Assembly: GCA_013151235.1 (NCBI GenBank)
Contig: JAADIO010000005.1
Span: forward strand, 1 to 64,000
Length of the DNA: 64,000 nucleotides
Source: Deltaproteobacteria bacterium
Lineage (GTDB): Bacteria > CG2-30-53-67
Direction: 5' to 3'
Part shown: positions 28,570-37,672 of the stretch, piece after piece
Layout of the letters: the number at the start of each line of letters is the position of its first letter
Position numbering within the stretch: position 1 is the first letter of the stretch
Translations under genes and position numbers: made by a program
The notes under the pieces: generated by a model
What the model was told of the DNA's origin: nothing
What the model saw: the letters and a program-made list of their open reading frames with translations, nothing else
Database searches by the model: none

Positions 28570-29331
28570 CTACCTTCTGACCGGCCGATGCTTTTTTTGC
28601 AACAAAGAATCACCGGTCCCGCTCCCCTTTTTCCCCTTCAAATGCTCCAGCGCCTGACGAGCCGCCTGCTGCTGTGCTTCCTTTTTGCTCTTGCCGCTCC
28701 CTTGACCGAGAACTTCCCCCTTGACGGAAAGTTCCATGACAAAGATCCGGTCATGGTCGGGACCGGTCGCCCGGCAGAGGGTATATTCCGGCAATACACC
28801 GAACCGTTCCTGACAGGCCTCCTGAAAGGTCGTCTTGTAATCAAAGGGATGTTTCTGTTCCACAACCTTCGGGATCAAGGTCTCAAAATGTTTCAGGATC
28901 ACATCATAGGTCGCCCGGAATCCCTGATCCAGATAGATCCCGGCAATGACCGCTTCCAGGGCATCGGAGAGCAGAGAATCCTTCTCCCGGCCGCCGGTCT
29001 GCTCTTCCCCTTTGCCCAGGAAGAGAAAATCTCCGATCCCGATCTTCCGGGCGACCCCGGCCAGCGTGGTCTCATTGACCAGATTGGCCCGCGCCTTGGA
29101 AAGGGCACCTTCGTCCAGGTCCGGGTAGGCCCGATAGAGATAAATACTGATAATCAACCCCAGGACGGAGTCTCCCAGAAACTCCTGCCGTTCATTATCT
29201 TCCGGATGCAGGCCGGGGTTTTCATTACTGTGGGACTTGTGTGTCAGGGCCGTAATCAGGTAGGGAAGGTGGCGGAAAGAAACCCCAAGGTTTTTTTCCA
29301 ACCGGGATAATCCATTCAACTCTGGGTTCAT
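28570..29331 (-). CDS. rnc: Ribonuclease III
   Basis: ALTHKS, NERQEFLGDSVL signature, C-terminal dsRNA-binding domain. Confidence 0.97.
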   Translation of the reverse strand: MNPELNGLSRLEKNLGVSFRHLPYLITALTHKSHSNENPGLHPEDNERQEFLGDSVLGLIISIYLYRAYPDLDEGALSKARANLVNETTLAGVARKIGIGDFLFLGKGEEQTGGREKDSLLSDALEAVIAGIYLDQGFRATYDVILKHFETLIPKVVEQKHPFDYKTTFQEACQERFGVLPEYTLCRATGPDHDRIFVMELSVKGEVLGQGSGKSKKEAQQQAARQALEHLKGKKGSGTGDSLLQKKHRPVRR

Positions 29332-29349
29332 AGTGGACTCGAATAACCT

Positions 29350-29375
29350 GTGACGGTCCTCCGGCGGACCGTCAC
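29350..29375. other. Perfect 10-bp hairpin between fabF and rnc
   Basis: GTGACGGTCC-TCCGGC-GGACCGTCAC, directly after the fabF stop codon. Confidence 0.6.
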
Positions 29376-30620
29376 TCAGTCAACAGAACGGAACACCAGC
29401 GCACCGTTCGTTCCCCCAAACCCCATGGAGTTACTCAGGACGGTTCGCACCCGGGTACGACGCGCTTCGTTGGGTACGTAATCAAGATCGCATTCAGGAT
29501 CGGGGACCTCATAGTTAACCGTGGGAGGCAGGATCCCCTCTTTGATCGCCATGGCCGAGAAGACCGCTTCAATCCCACCGGCGGCACCAAGGAGATGGCC
29601 GGTCATCGATTTCGTCGAACTGACGGCAACCTTCCGGGCGTGATCACCGAAGACCTTCTTGATCGCCATGGTCTCAAACTGATCATTAAACTTCGTGGAT
29701 GTCCCATGGGCATTAATATAGTCGATCTCTTCCGGTGCGATTCCAGCGTCCTTGAGGGCCATGGTCATGCAACGGGCCGCCCCTTCCCCGTCGGGAGCGG
29801 GAGAGGTAATATGATACGCATCACCGCTCAAACCGTACCCTGCTACTTCCGCATAAATCGCGGCCCCCCGTTTTTTCGCCGACTCCATCTCTTCGAGGAC
29901 CACCACACCTGCTCCTTCCGCAATCACGAAGCCGTCCCGTTCCGCATCAAAGGGCCGGCTTGCCCGTTCCGGCTCATCATTCCGTGTGGAAAGGGCCTTC
30001 ATCGCGGAGAACCCTCCCACGGCGAGAGAACAGATCGTCGATTCCGTCCCGCCGGCGATCATGGCATCCGCCGCCCCGCGCTGGATCAACCGGAAGGCAT
30101 CCCCAATGGAGTGCGTCCCGGTGGCACAAGCCGTGACCGGCGCCGAATTGGGGCCCCGGGCACCAAAACGGATGGCCACCTGTCCTGAAGCGAGATTGAT
30201 AATCACCATGGGGATAAAGAAGGGGGTCACCCGACGCGGGCCGCGCTCCAGGAGGACCTTGTGATACTTCTCGATCGCGGGAAGCCCGCCGATCCCGGCG
30301 CCGACGATCACGCCGACTCGGTCGGCATTGCCCTCATCAATGACCAGGCCGGAATTTTCCATCGCCATCTGGCCGGCCGCAAGGGCATAATGGATGAAGG
30401 TATCCATTTTCTTCTGTTCTTTTTTCTCAATATAGCGATCGATTTCGAATCCCTTGACCTCGCCTGCAATCTGAGAAGGATATCCTTCCGGGTCAAACCG
30501 GGTAATCCGGTCGATCCCGGAACGGCCGTGAATCAACCCGTCCCAGGTCGTGGCAAGATCATTCCCCAGAGGGGTCACAACCCCCATCCCTGTGATCACA
30601 ACTTTACGCATCGTTTCCAT
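29376..30620 (-). CDS. fabF: Beta-ketoacyl-ACP synthase II
   Basis: [42 protein letters not shown]; start may be 30611. Confidence 0.96.
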   Translation of the reverse strand: METMRKVVITGMGVVTPLGNDLATTWDGLIHGRSGIDRITRFDPEGYPSQIAGEVKGFEIDRYIEKKEQKKMDTFIHYALAAGQMAMENSGLVIDEGNADRVGVIVGAGIGGLPAIEKYHKVLLERGPRRVTPFFIPMVIINLASGQVAIRFGARGPNSAPVTACATGTHSIGDAFRLIQRGAADAMIAGGTESTICSLAVGGFSAMKALSTRNDEPERASRPFDAERDGFVIAEGAGVVVLEEMESAKKRGAAIYAEVAGYGLSGDAYHITSPAPDGEGAARCMTMALKDAGIAPEEIDYINAHGTSTKFNDQFETMAIKKVFGDHARKVAVSSTKSMTGHLLGAAGGIEAVFSAMAIKEGILPPTVNYEVPDPECDLDYVPNEARRTRVRTVLSNSMGFGGTNGALVFRSVD

Positions 30621-30624
30621 CCGC

Positions 30625-30662
30625 AAAAAAAGGGGGCCGCCCTCCCAAGGATCGGTTCCCCC
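30625..30662 (-). terminator. Rho-independent terminator/attenuator after acpP
   Basis: Minus strand GGGGGAACCG...CGGCCCCC followed by TTTTTTT. Confidence 0.6.
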
Positions 30663-30684
30663 TCATACATTTCTCCGCAAGGAA

Positions 30685-30909
30685 TCAGGAGTGTGCCTTG
30701 ATATAATCCACTGCGTGCTGCACAGTCGTAATTTTCTCCGCCTCTTCATCGGGAATCTCGATCCCGAACTCTTCCTCGAGGGCCATGACCAGTTCGACCG
30801 TATCGAGAGAATCGGCGCCCAGGTCATCGACAAAGGACGCTTCCGGCTTTACGTTTGCTGCATCGACATCCAACTGCTCCGCAATAATCTTCTTGACCTT
30901 TTCTTCCAT
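30685..30909 (-). CDS. acpP: Acyl carrier protein
   Basis: [20 protein letters not shown]. Confidence 0.98.
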   Translation of the reverse strand: MEEKVKKIIAEQLDVDAANVKPEASFVDDLGADSLDTVELVMALEEEFGIEIPDEEAEKITTVQHAVDYIKAHS

Positions 30910-31027
30910 TGTTTTCTTGCCTCCTAAATAAAAAATAAAACCCTCTACATTTCTGATAATACACCAATCACCGGATGATTATGCCTAGTCCGTACCATTT
31001 ATCTTTTCCCTCTTTATTCTTTATGAG

Positions 31028-31192
31028 CACACGGACCTTTTTGCAAAGCCGTCACATTCAACCCATCCGCTTCCACGGCACAGCAGAAAGTTCCGGATGC
31101 AAGGCGCGAAGGTTTTGAGAAGTGAGGCGTACTGTTCCGTACGCCGCAACGCACTCAAAACCTGATAAACGCAGCAGATGGCGAAGCCGTCA
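31028..31192. mobile_element. MITE-like repeat (full copy plus an extra right end)
   Basis: TCCGGATGCAAGGCGCGAAGGTTTTG...GTGAGGCGTAC...GTACG...AAAACCTGATAAACGCAGCAGA shared with 35122 and 36505; ends GAAGCCGTCA, which includes the fabG TGA. Confidence 0.75.
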
Positions 31193-31930
31193 CATGTACA
31201 TGCCGCCATTGACATGAATCACCTGCCCCGTAATATAGGCCGCCTCATCGGAAGCCAGAAACCGTACGGCGGAGGCGACATCCTCGGGGGACCCTAACTT
31301 GCCCATCGGGATCTGTGCGTAGAGATTCTCCTTCACATCCCCCGCCAGAGACTGCGTCATGGCCGTATCGATAAAGCCGGGCGCAACCGCGTTACAGGTA
31401 ATTCCCCGGGAAGCGAGTTCGCGGGCCACGGTTTTTGTCAGGCCGATCACCCCCGCCTTGGAGGCCACGTAGTTGGCCTGTCCCGCATTCCCCATTGCTC
31501 CCACGATCGAGGCAATGTTGATGATCCGTCCGCTTCTCTGCTTCATCATCGGCCGGGCCACCGCCTTCGAACAGAGGAAGGAGCCTTTCAGATTAATGCT
31601 CAACACCAGGTCCCAGTCTTCTTCCTTCATCCGCATGAGAAGACCGTCTCTCGTGATCCCCGCATTGTTGACAAGAATGTCGATCTTTCCGAATTCGTCA
31701 ATCCCCTTTCTGATCATCTCCGAGACCTCTTCGGCGTCGGCGACGTTTGCCTGCAGGGCAATCGCCTTACGACCGACGGCACGGATCTCCTCCGCCGTTT
31801 TCTCCGCCATCTCCAGGTTCACATCAGAGATAATACAGTCGGCGCCGTCCCGGCTCAAGGCCTGAGCAATCGATTTACCGATCCCCTGGGCCGAGCCGGT
31901 AACCAGTGCAACTTTTCCTTGCAGTGACAT
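31190..31930 (-). CDS. fabG: 3-oxoacyl-ACP reductase
   Basis: TGSAQGIG, NNAGITRD, NYVASKAG, VNGGMYM. Confidence 0.96.
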   Translation of the reverse strand: MSLQGKVALVTGSAQGIGKSIAQALSRDGADCIISDVNLEMAEKTAEEIRAVGRKAIALQANVADAEEVSEMIRKGIDEFGKIDILVNNAGITRDGLLMRMKEEDWDLVLSINLKGSFLCSKAVARPMMKQRSGRIINIASIVGAMGNAGQANYVASKAGVIGLTKTVARELASRGITCNAVAPGFIDTAMTQSLAGDVKENLYAQIPMGKLGSPEDVASAVRFLASDEAAYITGQVIHVNGGMYM

Positions 31931-32874
31931 CAGACCTCCCTACCGGCCGGGATCTCTTTCAGAAGATTTTTCAGCCCCTCGGCATCGGCCGGATTAAAGA
32001 CCCGCACGTTGCGATCAATTCTTCGGATCAGGTTGGACAGAACCTTTCCCGGCCCCACTTCGACAAAGATCTCGATCCCGCGAGCGAGCATGGCCCGGAT
32101 GCTCTCCTCCCACCGCAGTGTCGACGTCAACTGTCGTACCAGGCCTTCTCTCACGGCCTCTGCAATACGGACTTCCTCAGCGGCAACATTGTTCATCAGC
32201 GGAACCGCCAGGTCCTCCATCGGCGTAACATCCAGGGCCTCCTGTAACTTTTTTGAGACCGGCTCCATCAGGGGCGAATGCGAAGGAACACTCACAGGCA
32301 GGACCAATGCACGCTTCGCTCCAGCCTCCTTCGCACGGTCGGAGGCAACCTGCACCGCTTCCCGCTCCCCGGAGATCACGATCTGCCCGGGGCAGTTCAG
32401 GTTGGCCGGGACAACCAAGCCATCGACATCTTCACAGATCTTCTGCAACAGTGCAAGTTCCATCCCGAGGATCGCCGCCATGGCCCCCTCTCCTTCGGGC
32501 ACGGCCTCCTGCATGAAAATTCCCCGTTTACGCACCAGGGAAACGGCATCAGCCAGGTCAAATCCCCCGGCCGCCGTGACAGCGCTGTATTCACCGAGGC
32601 TGTGCCCGGCCACGAAGGCCGGTTTCCATCCCGTTTCGGAATCAAGAACCCGGTACACCGCCATGCTCGTCGTCAGCAGCGCCGCCTGGGTCAGCTCCGT
32701 CCGGTTTAATTCCTTCGCCGGACCCTCCGTACAGAGACGGAGCAGATCAAGTTGAATGGTATCGGAGGCCTCTTCAAAGACACGGCGTGCCGCAATAAAA
32801 TTTTGGACCAGATCGGCTCCCATCCCGACCGACTGAGAACCCTGACCCGGAAAGACAAAAGCTGTATTTTCCAC
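31930..32874 (-). CDS. fabD: Malonyl-CoA:ACP transacylase
   Basis: FPGQGSQ, GHSLGEY, SVPSHS. Confidence 0.96.
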   Translation of the reverse strand: MENTAFVFPGQGSQSVGMGADLVQNFIAARRVFEEASDTIQLDLLRLCTEGPAKELNRTELTQAALLTTSMAVYRVLDSETGWKPAFVAGHSLGEYSAVTAAGGFDLADAVSLVRKRGIFMQEAVPEGEGAMAAILGMELALLQKICEDVDGLVVPANLNCPGQIVISGEREAVQVASDRAKEAGAKRALVLPVSVPSHSPLMEPVSKKLQEALDVTPMEDLAVPLMNNVAAEEVRIAEAVREGLVRQLTSTLRWEESIRAMLARGIEIFVEVGPGKVLSNLIRRIDRNVRVFNPADAEGLKNLLKEIPAGREV

Positions 32875-32913
32875 TGAGAAATCTCCAACCCGGCAGAGCC
32901 GGAGCCAAACAAC

Positions 32914-33067
32914 TTTTCACCGCAGAGGCGCAGAGGGCGCGAAGAAGAGCCTTTCCAGCAGGACACACCTCGCAATCTTCACTGCCTCTCTGCAGTGCAA
33001 TCAATTTGCCTTGTGTTTTAACTAACGTCCGGTTTTACTCTGCGTCCTTTGCGTTTCTGCGGTAAAA
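32914..33067. repeat. Imperfect inverted pair of 9-nt-period repeats
   Basis: TTTCACCGCAGAGGCGCAGAGGGCGCGAAG ... CTCTGCGTCCTTTGCGTTTCTGCGGTAAAA; same family as 8953-8980. Confidence 0.65.
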
Positions 33068-33088
33068 TTTTTATTTTCTGCAATCCGA

Positions 33089-34276
33089 TTATTTCCGGAA
33101 GGCCTTGGTCATCATCGGAACGATCTCGAAAAGGTCCCCCACGATCCCGTAGGTCGCCGCTTTAAAGATCGGAGCCTCGGGATCCTTGTTGATCGCAACA
33201 ATCACATCGGAAGATTGCATCCCCGCCAGATGCTGCACCGCACCGGAGATCCCGCAGGCAATATAGAGCTTGGGACAGACGGTCTTCCCGGTCTGGCCGA
33301 CCTGGTGAGAGTAGGCGATCCACTCCGCATCGACGACCGCTCTGGAGGCCCCGACGGCACCGCCTAAAACCCTGGCCAAGTCCTCGATGACGGAAAAATT
33401 CTCTTTACTCCCCACGCCTCGCCCCCCGCTGACGATGATGTCGGCCTCGGTAATGTTGACGGTATCTTCGATCTCTTCAACGGTCTGAATCACCTCCCGA
33501 TGAAGATCCGCTACGGTCCCGTTCATCATCACGGGAATCACCTCACCTTTACGGCCGGCTTCTTCCGGCGCCTGTTTGAAGACCTTGTGCCGGACCGTAG
33601 CCATCTGGGGCCGGTGATTGGGACAGAGGATCGTCGCCAGGATATTGCCGCCGAAGGCGGGGCGGGTCTGAAGAAGTTCCCGTTTCCCCGGATCGACATC
33701 CAGACCGGTGCAATCGGCGGTCAACCCCGTTCCGATCCGTGCCGCCACCCGGGGAATAAAGGAACGGCCGATGGCCGTCGCACCCGTGAGCACGATTTCC
33801 GGTTTCTCCTTTTCGATCAGGTCCGCCAGAACCGACGCATAGGCATCGCCGTTGAAGTCGGCCAACATGGGGTCATCGGCGAGATAGACCCGGTCGGCGC
33901 CGTGGGCGATCAACCATTCCGACTGTTGTGAGATCTCGTGACCGAGGAGAACGGCGCTCAGATGAGTATCGAGACGATCGGCCAGTTTTCGCCCTTCATT
34001 AAGCAGTTCCAGGACCACCGTAGAGATCTTTCCCTTCCGCTGCTCTGCAAAGACCCAGATCCCCCGGTAGGCCGAAAGATCCATCGAAGAGGCGGCGGAC
34101 TGTTCCTCTTCCATCGTAAGGGCGACAAACTCACAGACCTCAACGCAGGCGCCGCAGAGGGTACACTCCTCGCTGATCACCGCGGTGCCGTCAATGATCT
34201 CGATGGCGCCGAACGGACACTGATCGGCACAGATGCCGCAACCCGTACATTTTTCCTTGCAGACGATAATCGCCAT
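33089..34276 (-). CDS. etfA: Electron transfer flavoprotein alpha subunit with N-terminal 2x[4Fe-4S] ferredoxin domain
   Basis: CTGCGIC..CP and CTLCGAC..C; GLTADCT, TRPAFGGN, QVGQTGKTV, GISGAVQH, AINKD. Confidence 0.95.
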   Translation of the reverse strand: MAIIVCKEKCTGCGICADQCPFGAIEIIDGTAVISEECTLCGACVEVCEFVALTMEEEQSAASSMDLSAYRGIWVFAEQRKGKISTVVLELLNEGRKLADRLDTHLSAVLLGHEISQQSEWLIAHGADRVYLADDPMLADFNGDAYASVLADLIEKEKPEIVLTGATAIGRSFIPRVAARIGTGLTADCTGLDVDPGKRELLQTRPAFGGNILATILCPNHRPQMATVRHKVFKQAPEEAGRKGEVIPVMMNGTVADLHREVIQTVEEIEDTVNITEADIIVSGGRGVGSKENFSVIEDLARVLGGAVGASRAVVDAEWIAYSHQVGQTGKTVCPKLYIACGISGAVQHLAGMQSSDVIVAINKDPEAPIFKAATYGIVGDLFEIVPMMTKAFRK

Positions 34277-34286
34277 TCCCTGTTTC

Positions 34287-35072
34287 CTACACGATATTCA
34301 GCCGCTCAATCTCAGAGACCAGCCGCGCAACCTGCGCCTCCGGTTCCCCTTCGAGAATCTCTCCCTGACGGCGAAACTCCGGCATAAAGATCTTTGAAAC
34401 CTTGGTGGGAGACCCCGAAAGGCCGAGACGAGCCGGATTGGCGCCGATCTCTTCGGCGCTCCAGACCGGAATCTCTATTTTTTTTGCCTTCATCTTTCCT
34501 TTCAGTGAAGGAAGGCGGGGTTCATTGATCTCCTTGACCACGGTAATCACGGCAGGGAGTCGGGTCTGCAAAAGGTCATACCCATCATCCATGAGCCGTT
34601 CCAGCCGCATGGTCCCCTCTGCGACTTCTTCGATCTTCCGCACATAGGCGGCAAATCCCCAGTGGAGATTCTCGGCGATCCCCGGCCCAACCTGGGCGGT
34701 GTCGCCATCAATGGCCTGTTTGCCGCAAAGGACAAGATCGGGTTCACCCATCTTTCGGATCGCCATGGCCAGCGTATAGGCGGTCGCAAGGGTATCGGAA
34801 CCGGCGAAGGCACGGTCCGAAACGAGAACGGCCTCATCGGCCCCCAGAGAGATCCCTTCCCGCAGAGCGGCCTCCGCCTGGGGCGGCCCCATGGTCAGGA
34901 GTGTCACCTCCCCGCCGAACCGTTCCCTGAGCCGGAGCGCCTCTTCAAGGGCGTACATATCAAAGGGGTTCACAATGCTCGGCACCCCCTCACGGACGAG
35001 GGTGTTCGTCTCCGGATCGATCCGGACATCGGCCACATCAGGCACCTGTTTAATACAAACAACGATTCTCAT
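34287..35072 (-). CDS. etfB: Electron transfer flavoprotein beta subunit
   Basis: VCIKQVPD, NPFD, MGPPQA, DRAFAGSDTLATA, GKQAIDGDTAQVGP. Confidence 0.95.
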   Translation of the reverse strand: MRIVVCIKQVPDVADVRIDPETNTLVREGVPSIVNPFDMYALEEALRLRERFGGEVTLLTMGPPQAEAALREGISLGADEAVLVSDRAFAGSDTLATAYTLAMAIRKMGEPDLVLCGKQAIDGDTAQVGPGIAENLHWGFAAYVRKIEEVAEGTMRLERLMDDGYDLLQTRLPAVITVVKEINEPRLPSLKGKMKAKKIEIPVWSAEEIGANPARLGLSGSPTKVSKIFMPEFRRQGEILEGEPEAQVARLVSEIERLNIV

Positions 35073-35121
35073 CTTGAACTCTTCATTTTCATTCGATCAA
35101 CCGGAACTTCGTCCGAAATCT

Positions 35122-35250
35122 GTGACGGCAATGTAAAAAATCCGGATGCAAGGCGCGAAGGTTTTGTGGAGTGAGGCATACTTTTTCGTACGTTCCAACG
35201 AACACAAAACCTGATAAACGTAGCAGACGGTTTTTTTACATTGCCGTCAC
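35122..35250. mobile_element. MITE-like element with perfect 19-bp terminal inverted repeats
   Basis: GTGACGGCAATGTAAAAAA (35122-35140) / TTTTTTACATTGCCGTCAC (35232-35250); internal sequence shared with other copies; abuts the acyl-CoA dehydrogenase TGA. Confidence 0.8.
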
Positions 35251-36429
35251 TCACCCGACGGGGACCGCTTCTTTCTTCCCCGTATATTCCTTCACCAGTT
35301 CCAGGCCGATCACGTTACGCTGAATCTGGTTGGTCCCTTCGTAGATCTGAAGGATCTTGGCATCCCGCATCATCTTTTCCACCGGATACTCCCGCATGTA
35401 GCCGTACCCCCCCATGACCTGAACGGCATCCGTGGTCACGCGCATGGCCGTATCGGTAGCAAAGAGCTTCACCATCGCCGCTTCCTTGGAAAAGTTTTTC
35501 GGATTGCTGTCCATGAACTTACAGGTAGAATAAAGAAGCGACCGGGCCGCTTCGGTCTGGGTCGTCATATCGGCCAGCATATGCTGGATCGCCTGCTGGG
35601 CCACAATCGGCTTGCCGAACTGGACCCGGGTCTTGGCATAAACGACCGCCTCGTCGATCGCCCCCTGAGCCAGTCCCACTCCCTGGGCGGCAATGCCGGG
35701 ACGGGACTTGTCGAGGGTCTTCATGGCGACAATGAACCCCATCCCCTCCCGGGAAAGAAGATTCTTCGCCGGGACCCGGCAATCCTCAAAGATCAGCTCC
35801 CGAGTAGCGGAGGCCCGAATCCCCATCTTTTTTTCTTTCTTTCCGAACTTGAACCCCTCCATCCCCTTTTCAAGGATGAAGGCCGAGGCACCCCGGGCCC
35901 CGCGGGACCGGTCGGTCATGGCAATCACCGTATAGATATCCGCCTCCCCGCCGTTCGTAATCCACTGCTTGGTGCCATTCAGGATATAAGAATCTCCGTC
36001 TTTCACGGCCGTCGTCTGAATCCCGCCGGCATCGGACCCGGCGTTCGGCTCGGTCAGCCCGAAAGCCGCCAGGCTCTTACCCGACGCAATCCGGGGGAGA
36101 TAGGCTTCTTTCTGTTCTTCGTTTCCATAGAGGAGGATCGGATAGCAGCCGAGACCGCTCGCTGCAAAAGAGACCGAAACGGCAATACAGGCCCGGGAGA
36201 GCTGTTCGATGGCAATACAGTTTTCCAGTATCCCGCCTCCCATACCGCCGTATTCTTCAGGGATGTAGAGGCCGAACAGATCGGAATCAGCCAGGACATT
36301 TACGATTTCCCAGGGGAATTCCTCTTTTTCATCAAGTTTCGCCCGGACGGGGATCACCTTCTCTCGGGCGATCTGCGCGGCCAGGTCCCGGATCATCAAC
36401 TGTTCTTCCGTCAAAAAATAGTCCATCAC
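35251..36429 (-). CDS. Acyl-CoA dehydrogenase (short-chain/butyryl-CoA dehydrogenase-like)
   Basis: AFGLTEPNAGSDA, NGTKQWITNG, KMGIRAS, GGYGYMREYPVE, QIYEGTNQIQR. Confidence 0.93.
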   Translation of the reverse strand: MMDYFLTEEQLMIRDLAAQIAREKVIPVRAKLDEKEEFPWEIVNVLADSDLFGLYIPEEYGGMGGGILENCIAIEQLSRACIAVSVSFAASGLGCYPILLYGNEEQKEAYLPRIASGKSLAAFGLTEPNAGSDAGGIQTTAVKDGDSYILNGTKQWITNGGEADIYTVIAMTDRSRGARGASAFILEKGMEGFKFGKKEKKMGIRASATRELIFEDCRVPAKNLLSREGMGFIVAMKTLDKSRPGIAAQGVGLAQGAIDEAVVYAKTRVQFGKPIVAQQAIQHMLADMTTQTEAARSLLYSTCKFMDSNPKNFSKEAAMVKLFATDTAMRVTTDAVQVMGGYGYMREYPVEKMMRDAKILQIYEGTNQIQRNVIGLELVKEYTGKKEAVPVG

Positions 36430-36504
36430 TGTCTCCCCTGATCAACACCCGTTTTTTTGTGGCTGTTAGTAACATATTTTCATGTGTACAGTCAAACTTT
36501 TTAC

Positions 36505-36667
36505 GCAGCAGGCGGACTTTTTACGAGACCATCAAAGGTCCGGCAAAGGAAAAAGCTCCGAATGCAAGGCGCGAAGGTTTCGAGGAGTGAGGCATACTCG
36601 TTTGTACGTCACAGCAATCTCAGAACCCGACAAACGCAGCAGACGGACTTTTCTACAAAGCCGGCTA
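36505..36667. mobile_element. MITE-like repeat (extra right end plus full copy) abutting the fabH stop
   Basis: GCAGCAGGCGGACTTTTTACGAGACCATCA then ATGCAAGGCGCGAAGG...GTGAGGCATAC...AAACGCAGCAGACGGACTTTTCTACAAAGCCGG. Confidence 0.72.
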
Positions 36668-37648
36668 CCATCGAACCATGGCGGAAGCCCAGGTCAGCCC
36701 CCCGCCGAAGGCCTCGAAGAGAATATGGTCCCCCTCATGCATCCGGCCCGCTGCGACGGCTTCATCAAGAGCGATTGGGATAGATGCCGCGGACGTATTC
36801 CCATAACGGTCGAGGTTTACCACGACCTTCTCCATCGGGAGCCCTAATCGTTTGGCCGTGGCGGAGATGATCCTGATATTAGCCTGATGGGGGACAAGAA
36901 GATCGACATCCCCACAGGTAAGCCCGTTCGCCTCCACTGCCTCCAGTACCGCCTCTTCAAGGGTTTTTACGGCCACCTTGAAAAGCTCGCTCCCCCGCAT
37001 CATCAGGTACTCGGCCTCGGTCTGGATCAGCTCCTCGGTAATCGGGTTTCTGGATCCCTTCTTCGCCACCATGAGCATGTCGGCATAAGTCCCGTCGGCA
37101 TGGAGATGGGTCGAGAGGATCCCTGATTCCCCCTCTTCCCCTTGCAGAAGAACCGCCCCGGCGCCGTCTCCGAAGAGAACACAGGTTGTCCGGTCCCGCC
37201 AGTCAAGAATCTTGGAGAACTTCTCGGCACCGATGACAAGTGCCCGTTTCACCGAACCGGCCCGGATAAACTGGTCGGCAATACCGAGACCGTAGATAAA
37301 ACCGGAACAGGCGGCGGAGATATCGAAGGCCGCGACTCCGCTGATCCCTAAACGGTGCTGAACAATACAGGCGGAGGAGGGAAAGGACATATCGGGTGTG
37401 GCCGTTGCCAGAATGATCAGGTCGATCGACGAAGGCGCAATCCCGGTCTTTTCCACCACGGACCGGGCGGCATGAGCGGCCATATCCGAGGTCGTCTCCT
37501 CTGTGGCGGCAATCCGTCGCTCCCGGATCCCCGTCCGGGTTCGGATCCATTCATCAGTCGTATCCACCCGTTTTTCCAGGTCGGCATTTGTCAGAACACG
37601 ATCGGGGAGATAACGCCCGGTTCCGATGATACGGCTTCTCAGCATCAC
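36665..37648 (-). CDS. fabH: Beta-ketoacyl-ACP synthase III
   Basis: RTGIRERR, AACSGF, LFGDGAGA, PHQANIRI, YGNTSAAS, FGGGLTW. Confidence 0.97.
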   Translation of the reverse strand: MMLRSRIIGTGRYLPDRVLTNADLEKRVDTTDEWIRTRTGIRERRIAATEETTSDMAAHAARSVVEKTGIAPSSIDLIILATATPDMSFPSSACIVQHRLGISGVAAFDISAACSGFIYGLGIADQFIRAGSVKRALVIGAEKFSKILDWRDRTTCVLFGDGAGAVLLQGEEGESGILSTHLHADGTYADMLMVAKKGSRNPITEELIQTEAEYLMMRGSELFKVAVKTLEEAVLEAVEANGLTCGDVDLLVPHQANIRIISATAKRLGLPMEKVVVNLDRYGNTSAASIPIALDEAVAAGRMHEGDHILFEAFGGGLTWASAMVRW

Positions 37649-37672
37649 GTTCCTAAGTGGTTTACAAGGGGC

